Positions 58,369 through 64,000 of a DNA stretch of 64,000 nucleotides are shown here, piece after piece. Within the stretch, counting starts at the first letter, position 1; each line of letters begins with the position of its first letter. The position numbers and the translations under genes were made by a program. Source of the stretch: an uncultured Acidobacteriaceae bacterium (GTDB lineage Bacteria; Acidobacteriota; Terriglobia; Terriglobales; Acidobacteriaceae); contig CAVYHM010000044.1 of the NCBI GenBank assembly GCA_963768265.1, positions 212,206-276,205 of the forward strand, in the 5' to 3' direction. A model generated the notes under the pieces. It was given only the letters and a program-made list of their open reading frames with translations, did not search any database and had not been told where the DNA came from.

Positions 58369-61041
58369 ATGCCGCTGGCACCCGCAACCCGGTTGGGGCC
58401 GTATGAGATCCTCGCGCTCCTTGGCGCTGGTGGGATGGGCGAAGTCTACAAGGCTCGCGATACACGGCTGGATCGGATTGTCGCGGTCAAGGTTTCGAAC
58501 GAACAGTTCTCCGAGCGCTTTGAGCGCGAAGCGCACGCCGTGGCCTCGCTGAATCACTCCCACGTTTGCACGCTACATGATATCGGGCCGAACTACCTGG
58601 TCATGGAATACGTCGAGGGCTCCGTCCTCCGAGGTCCGTTGCCGGTCGCTCAAGCTCTTCACTACGCGGTGCAGATCTGCGACGCACTCGACGCCGCCCA
58701 CAAGAAGGGCATTGTCCATCGCGACCTTAAGCCCGCGAATATTCTCATCACCAAGAGCGGCGTCAAACTGCTGGACTTCGGCCTGGCCAAGATCGTCCTG
58801 GCAAAGTCCAGTGCGACAAAGGGCGGACAATCCGCCGATCGCCCTGTCGACGCCACCCTCACAATGGCGCTCACCGGCAAGAACGAAATTGTGGGCACGC
58901 TCTATTACATGTCACCGGAGCAGTTGCAGGCACAGGGCACGGGGCAGGAGGTTGACGCTCGCAGCGATATCTTTTCTTTTGGCTTGGTGCTCTACGAAAT
59001 GCTGACGGGAAAGCGCGCTTTTGATGGCGCTTCTCCTGCCACCGTGATCGCCGCGATCATGGAACGTCCGGCGCCGTCCATTGGCGACGTGGCGCCGCCA
59101 GCGTTGGACCGGGTCCTCAAGCGGTGTTTGGAGAAGGATCCCGAGAACCGCTGGCAAAGCGCTCGCGACCTCAAAGCCGAGCTCGAGTGGATTGCACAAG
59201 TACCAAGCGGCGGAGACACTGCAGATGCTCCACCAGCACGTTCCACATGGCTGCCCTGGGTTGCGGCCGGAGTGCTCGCCCTCGTCGCGGCGGCCACTTC
59301 ATGGATCGCCTACCACTCCACGCGCCCGGAGGAATTGAAACCGCTGGCGCGGCTGGAAGTAGATCTGGGTCGGGAGGTTTATTTGAACGCGCTGGGCGGA
59401 TCCGACATCATTCTTTCGTCCGACGGCACGCGTATTGCCTACCTTTCCCGGAACCGCCTTTTCACGCGCAAGCTCGACCAAACGAGCCCCACCGAGCTAC
59501 CGATTACGGCAGGCGCGACCAGCCCATTCTTTTCCCCTGATGGTCAGTGGATTGGTTTTGTCGCCAGTGGAAAACTGAGAAAAATTTCGGTGGATGGGGG
59601 CGCCGAGGTCGCCCTCTGTGACGCCTCCTCTTCTTACACTGGCGCCGATTGGGGCGAAGATGGCAACATTATCGCCAGTCTGCGTATCTCCGGCGGACTG
59701 TCACGGGTTCCCTCCGCAGGCGGCACCCCAACCCCGGTCACGGAGCTTGTGGGAGAGGAACGCACGCATCGGTGGCCGCAGATCCTGCCCGGCGGCAAAG
59801 CGATCCTCTTCACCGTCGAAAATTCTACAGTCGGCTTTGATGACGCCAGAATTGAAGTCTTGACCCTGACGGACCACCGCAGGAAGATTTTGCAGCGGGG
59901 AGGAACTTTTGGTCGTTATCTGGTTGCGTCAGGTGGCAAGGGCTACCTCGTTTATGTGAACCGGGGAACGCTGTTCGCGGTTCCTTTCGATCAGGAAAAG
60001 CTGGAGACTTCTGGCACGCCCAAGCCCGTATTGCAGCAAGTTTCTTATTCCTCTATGTTCGGTTCAGCCAAGCTGGGCTTTTCTAGCACGGGGACGCTGG
60101 TGTACAGGAGCCGCGATATCGACACCTCGCGTGTAGTCATCCAATGGTTGACTGCCGATGGCAAGTCTCAGCCGCTGCTCGACAAGCCGGGCCTCTTCGT
60201 AAATCCCCACTTCTCTCCCGACGGCGCGCGCCTGGCGGTGGCAAACGACGACGTGCATTCCGGGATTTGGATCTACGACATTCGGCGCGACACCTTGTCG
60301 CCGTTGACCGGCGAACGGAATGGAACTCATCCGGTGTGGACACCCGACGGCCAATACATTGTTTATCAGGCTGGTGGGATCTCTTTCGCGCGCGCCGACG
60401 GCGGAAACAGTCCCGAGCCTCTGACTGAGAGCAAAGAATTTCAATATCCCTCTGCGTTCGCGCCCGATGGCAAACACCTGGCCTTTTATCAGAGCGGGCC
60501 GCAAGGGTTCGAACTCTGGACGGTACCGGTGGAACGCGAAGGAGAGCGCTTGAAGGCGGGGAAAGCGGAGTTATTCCAGCGCACGAATTTTGGGAACCGG
60601 GGTGCGAGCTTCTCTCCCGACGGACGCTGGCTGGCATACAGCTCCAATGAGTCGGGGATTTCCCAGGTTTATGTGCGCGCGTTTCCCGACAAAGGCGGTC
60701 ACTGGCAAATCTCGAGCGACGGCGGAACATCGCCCATCTTCTCTCGAAACGGCAAGGAGCTGTTTTTCTTTGATGTCCCCGCCGATCGGATTATGGTCGC
60801 CAACTACTCGACAAAAGGAGACTCGTTTGTGGGAGAAAAGCCGCGCGAGTGGTCGGGGCAGAGTGTAGCTCTGACGATGAGTGGTGCGGTCGGAGCTCAG
60901 TACGACCTTTCCCCCGACGGAAAGCGCATCGCTGTAGCCACCTACGCTGGTGGCTCGTCTCAACAGGGCGCGGGCCACGTGATCTTTCTCGAAAACTTCA
61001 TCGACGAACTGCAGCGGAAGGTGCCACTCGGGTTCAAGTAG
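58369..61041 (+). CDS. Ser/Thr protein kinase with a TM segment and a C-terminal TolB-like (PD40/WD40-like) beta-propeller
   Basis: LGAGGMGEVYKA...VAVK, HRDLKPANIL, DFGLAK, SPEQ. It has the TM segment WLPWVAAGVLALVAAATSWIAY and repeated ..FSPDG..(I/L)A(F/Y).. blades. Confidence 0.9.
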   Translation: MPLAPATRLGPYEILALLGAGGMGEVYKARDTRLDRIVAVKVSNEQFSERFEREAHAVASLNHSHVCTLHDIGPNYLVMEYVEGSVLRGPLPVAQALHYAVQICDALDAAHKKGIVHRDLKPANILITKSGVKLLDFGLAKIVLAKSSATKGGQSADRPVDATLTMALTGKNEIVGTLYYMSPEQLQAQGTGQEVDARSDIFSFGLVLYEMLTGKRAFDGASPATVIAAIMERPAPSIGDVAPPALDRVLKRCLEKDPENRWQSARDLKAELEWIAQVPSGGDTADAPPARSTWLPWVAAGVLALVAAATSWIAYHSTRPEELKPLARLEVDLGREVYLNALGGSDIILSSDGTRIAYLSRNRLFTRKLDQTSPTELPITAGATSPFFSPDGQWIGFVASGKLRKISVDGGAEVALCDASSSYTGADWGEDGNIIASLRISGGLSRVPSAGGTPTPVTELVGEERTHRWPQILPGGKAILFTVENSTVGFDDARIEVLTLTDHRRKILQRGGTFGRYLVASGGKGYLVYVNRGTLFAVPFDQEKLETSGTPKPVLQQVSYSSMFGSAKLGFSSTGTLVYRSRDIDTSRVVIQWLTADGKSQPLLDKPGLFVNPHFSPDGARLAVANDDVHSGIWIYDIRRDTLSPLTGERNGTHPVWTPDGQYIVYQAGGISFARADGGNSPEPLTESKEFQYPSAFAPDGKHLAFYQSGPQGFELWTVPVEREGERLKAGKAELFQRTNFGNRGASFSPDGRWLAYSSNESGISQVYVRAFPDKGGHWQISSDGGTSPIFSRNGKELFFFDVPADRIMVANYSTKGDSFVGEKPREWSGQSVALTMSGAVGAQYDLSPDGKRIAVATYAGGSSQQGAGHVIFLENFIDELQRKVPLGFK

Positions 61042-61089
61042 TCATCTAACCTGACGACACGCGGCCGCTCCGCGTTCCATAATGTTCCC

Positions 61090-61452
61090 ATGACCGTTCG
61101 GCGTTTGAAGACCTACACCGGTGGCCAGGGATACGTCTACCAGTATTACTTCGTCGGGAAACGCTCGGCACTGGGCGACGATCCTCTGGCACCGGCAACG
61201 GAATTTGTCTTCGATGTGAGTTCCGACCGCAAGCTGACGTACTCAGTGAGTGTGTTTCTTCCCGAAGGCCCGCTCGCTGCCTGGAGTAAAGAGCACGGCC
61301 GCTCGCTGAACGAGGCCGAACAGTATGCCGCCGTCAAGCTCCGCCTGTTCCGCGCTTTCGATGAACTCGAAGACATGAAGAGCGACGGGCGCCGCTTGAC
61401 CATCGACGCTGCACTGCTTGAAGAGGCGCTGGCGAGTCTCGGCGTCGAGTAA
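61090..61452 (+). CDS. Hypothetical protein
   Basis: 120-aa ORF 48 nt after the kinase gene, followed by GC-rich hairpins. No family recognised. Confidence 0.4.
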   Translation: MTVRRLKTYTGGQGYVYQYYFVGKRSALGDDPLAPATEFVFDVSSDRKLTYSVSVFLPEGPLAAWSKEHGRSLNEAEQYAAVKLRLFRAFDELEDMKSDGRRLTIDAALLEEALASLGVE

Positions 61453-61577
61453 GAGCCATCTCTAAGAATCTAGTTGACGAGGGCAACGGCGCAGCCGAGC
61501 TGCGCTCGGCCTGTCCGGGTCTGAGACCCGGACCCACACGTAAGAGAAAGCGTATAAATGCAGGCGGAGGATTGACC

Positions 61578-62714
61578 GTGAAAAATCTCAGGTGCTGTCG
61601 TTGGACGGTAGTATTGAGCATTCTCACGCTTTTTCAGAGCGCCGCGTGGGCTCAAACCTCGCGGTGGACTGAGCAGAAAGCCAGCGACTGGTACGTACAG
61701 CAACCCTGGCTAGTGGGCAGCAACTACATCCCAAAATCTGCCATTAACGAATTGGAGATGTGGCAGGAGGAGTCCTTTGATCCGGCCCAGATCGACACGG
61801 AACTGGGATGGGCCGAGGCGCTCGGGATGAATACGATGCGCGTGTTTCTCCATGACTTGCTTTGGCAGCAGGATGCGGCGGGCTTCCGCAAACGCATCGA
61901 CCAGTTCCTGACCATCGCGGCCAAGCACCATATCCGGCCAATCCTGGTCATCTTCGACTCGTGCTGGGATCCGGCCCCCCAGTTGGGTGTTCAGCATGCC
62001 CCGGTTCCGGGCGTGCACAATTCGGGATGGGTCCAAAGTCCCGGCGCGAAGGGGTTGGCCGATTCCACCCAGTATCCGCGCCTGAAGGCGTACGTGCAGG
62101 GAGTCGTGGGAGCATTTGCGAACGACGACCGCGTTCTGGCCTGGGACGTTTGGAACGAGCCCGGCTCTGACAATACGGGAAACTATCCGAAGACCGAGCT
62201 GAACAAGAAAGACAAGCATGCCCGGGTTGTGGAGCTCTTGCCGCAGACGTTTGAGTGGGCCCGGGAAGCCAAGCCCACGCAGCCTCTCACCAGCGGCGTG
62301 TGGGAGGTCGACACGAGGAAAGATGAGTCTGCCCTGGACGAACTGCAGCGCATTCAGTTGCGCGAGTCGGACATCATCACATTTCACAATTACAGTTGGC
62401 CGGAAAACTTTCGGCGCGAAATCGAGTGGCTGAGGAAGTACAACCGGCCGCTGATCTGCACTGAATTCATGGCGCGCTCAGTCGGCAGCACGTTCGATGC
62501 GATCCTGCCCATCGCGAAGCAAGAGCACGTGGGGGCGATCAACTGGGGATTCGTGGTGGGTAAAACTCAGACTAACATGCCTTGGGAGTCATGGCGGCAT
62601 CCGTATGTGAAGGAACCGCCGCCGGTTTGGTTTCACGAGGTGCTTCATCCCGACGGAACTCCCTACCGCCAAGCGGAAGCGGATCTGATCCATGACCTTA
62701 CGGGGAAGCATTAG
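61578..62714 (+). CDS. Secreted glycoside hydrolase, clan GH-A (GH5-like) TIM barrel
   Basis: Signal peptide ...LSILTLFQSAAWA, MNTMRVFLH, WDVWNEPG (acid/base Glu), ICTEFMA (nucleophile Glu). GTG 61578 is preceded by GGCGGAGGA; the ORF opens at TTG 61572. Confidence 0.65.
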   Translation: MKNLRCCRWTVVLSILTLFQSAAWAQTSRWTEQKASDWYVQQPWLVGSNYIPKSAINELEMWQEESFDPAQIDTELGWAEALGMNTMRVFLHDLLWQQDAAGFRKRIDQFLTIAAKHHIRPILVIFDSCWDPAPQLGVQHAPVPGVHNSGWVQSPGAKGLADSTQYPRLKAYVQGVVGAFANDDRVLAWDVWNEPGSDNTGNYPKTELNKKDKHARVVELLPQTFEWAREAKPTQPLTSGVWEVDTRKDESALDELQRIQLRESDIITFHNYSWPENFRREIEWLRKYNRPLICTEFMARSVGSTFDAILPIAKQEHVGAINWGFVVGKTQTNMPWESWRHPYVKEPPPVWFHEVLHPDGTPYRQAEADLIHDLTGKH

Positions 62715-62739
62715 AGCAGTTTTGCTCTACAGGTGACTG

Positions 62740-62880
62740 TTTGAAAGGGCGCGGCTTTTCAGCCGCGCCGCAAAAGGAAGCTGACAATAGCGGCTTTAGC
62801 CGCTGAGGGAATGCGTCCCCCAGGGCCTAAAGGCCGCTCTTTGGCCTTGTCGGCGCGGCTGAAGCCGCGCCCTCTCAAAT
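62740..62880. repeat. Nested palindromic element (repeat family B) between convergent genes
   Basis: The arms are tttgaaagggcgcggcttttcagccgcgccg (62740-62770) and cggcgcggctgaagccgcgccctctcaaa (62851-62879). An internal hairpin agcggctttagccgct is also present. Confidence 0.7.
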
Positions 62881-62929
62881 CAAAACGCTGTTAGAGTCGG
62901 CTATAGACACTGGGTTTGAAAGAAGCTGG

Positions 62930-64000
62930 CTATTCGTAGCGCAGCGCTTCAATCGGGTCCAGGTTCGCGGCGCGCATGGCCGGGACCATGCCGCTGATCA
63001 CGCCGACCACGGCAAGAATGGATGTGGCCACAACCAGAATCATAGGCGAGACAATAAGGCGAATGTCTCCCGCCTCGGCGTGCTTGGCCATCGCGCTATA
63101 TAAGGTCAGGCGCCCCACAGAAACCGACACCAGATAAGAAAGCAGAATCCCCAGCACGCCACCGAATGCCGTAATGACCATGGCTTCGGACAGAAATTGG
63201 ACGAGAATGTCACGCCGCCGGGCGCCGAGAGCTTTTTCCACGCCGATCTCGCGAGTGCGCTGGGTCACCGAAACCAGCATGATGTTCATCAAGCCTACGC
63301 CGCCGATCCCCAACGTGATCGTGCCGATGAACGCCAGTAAGACCTTCAGCGCCATGCTGATAATCCCAAACTGCGAGAGTTGCTTCTGGGCATCAAAAAC
63401 CATCAGCGCGCGGCGATCGTCGGGCTTGAAGTTGTGGGCCGTGGCGAGAGTTTCGCGGATCGTCTTTTCCAGCTTTTCATGGTCGAGCCCGGCTGAGTCG
63501 AGCCAGATTCCGTCCAGGTAGTGATTGTCCTTGACCACATCCATCGAGTTGTAGGGAACATAGACCACGCGATTGTTGTCATTGTCGCCCTCCTGCATAC
63601 GCGGTTTTCCAACGCCGATGATTTCAAAGGTGACGCCGTCGATGCGGATGGTCTGGCCAATGGCCGGCATGCCGGAGAAGAGTTTGTCGCGCGCTTCTGA
63701 CGCCAGGACGGCAACGAGCCCGTGTTGCATGTTGTCGGCGTCGTCGAGGAATCGGCCCTCGTCGAGTTCGAGATTCCAGATGTCAAGCATGGCCGGATCG
63801 AGGCCCATCACAGGAAAAGTGAAGGACCGATTCTCGTTCTGTACGGTCGAGTCTTTTTGCAGCATCCGGGCGATGTGGCGGCAGAGTGGGACGTTGTTCC
63901 GCATCAGTTCGACATCGTCGTTGGTGAAGCGTACCAGCACTCCAGCCTTGTTGCCTCCGGCTTGCTGCGAAGTGCGGCCGGGAAAGATGCCAACCGCCGT
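62930..64000 (-). CDS. MacB-type ABC transporter permease (third paralog; the 5' end is outside the window)
   Basis: The C-terminal half is nearly collinear with 54188..55441 at the protein level (GGVGLMNIMLVSVTQRTREIGVEKALGARR, AMRAANLDPIEALRYE). The reading frame stays open to position 64000. Confidence 0.8.
   Translation of the reverse strand, partial: TAVGIFPGRTSQQAGGNKAGVLVRFTNDDVELMRNNVPLCRHIARMLQKDSTVQNENRSFTFPVMGLDPAMLDIWNLELDEGRFLDDADNMQHGLVAVLASEARDKLFSGMPAIGQTIRIDGVTFEIIGVGKPRMQEGDNDNNRVVYVPYNSMDVVKDNHYLDGIWLDSAGLDHEKLEKTIRETLATAHNFKPDDRRALMVFDAQKQLSQFGIISMALKVLLAFIGTITLGIGGVGLMNIMLVSVTQRTREIGVEKALGARRRDILVQFLSEAMVITAFGGVLGILLSYLVSVSVGRLTLYSAMAKHAEAGDIRLIVSPMILVVATSILAVVGVISGMVPAMRAANLDPIEALRYE

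Overview
This is a 64-kb chromosomal segment with about 60 protein-coding genes. By eye I found no rRNA, tRNA, CRISPR array, transposase or phage genes, and no recognisable defence system or mobile element. The gene content suggests an Acidobacteriota-type soil bacterium, but this is inference only. Supporting features are a Ser/Thr kinase fused to a TolB-like propeller, orphan MacB/FtsX permeases, CarboxypepD_reg proteins, Tat-exported oxidoreductases and GC-rich palindromic intergenic repeats. Housekeeping genes include glmU (visibly frameshifted), ftcD, yvcK, lepB, carA and carB (split by an inserted gene), aroA, citrate synthase, a NifS-like desulfurase and tandem xerD/xerC. Genes from 9.4 to 35.6 kb all lie on the + strand. 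The most interesting region is a co-linear block at about 18.2-29.4 kb. It contains a TetR regulator with a perfect operator-like palindrome, two crotonases, an aldehyde dehydrogenase and a shortened BoxB/PaaA-type diiron acyl-CoA oxygenase with no BoxA, BoxC or PaaBCDE partners. It continues with a rhodanese, an HcrCAB-like molybdenum enzyme whose FAD subunit carries the extra Cys-rich [4Fe-4S] loop, DUF3291 and an amidohydrolase_2. I read this as a candidate non-canonical (hydroxy)aromatic acyl-CoA pathway, but the substrate and pathway logic are inferred, not shown. Other points worth a second look:
- Two genes with apparent +1 frameshifts (glmU and a CMD-family gene).
- A (CT)14 microsatellite just upstream of an outer-membrane barrel gene.
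- A small ORF with an orphan terminator.
- An Ig-like surface protein with an internal two-helix membrane anchor and a lipobox.
- A possible G1 (eqolisin)-like peptidase.
- Two families of palindromic repeats.
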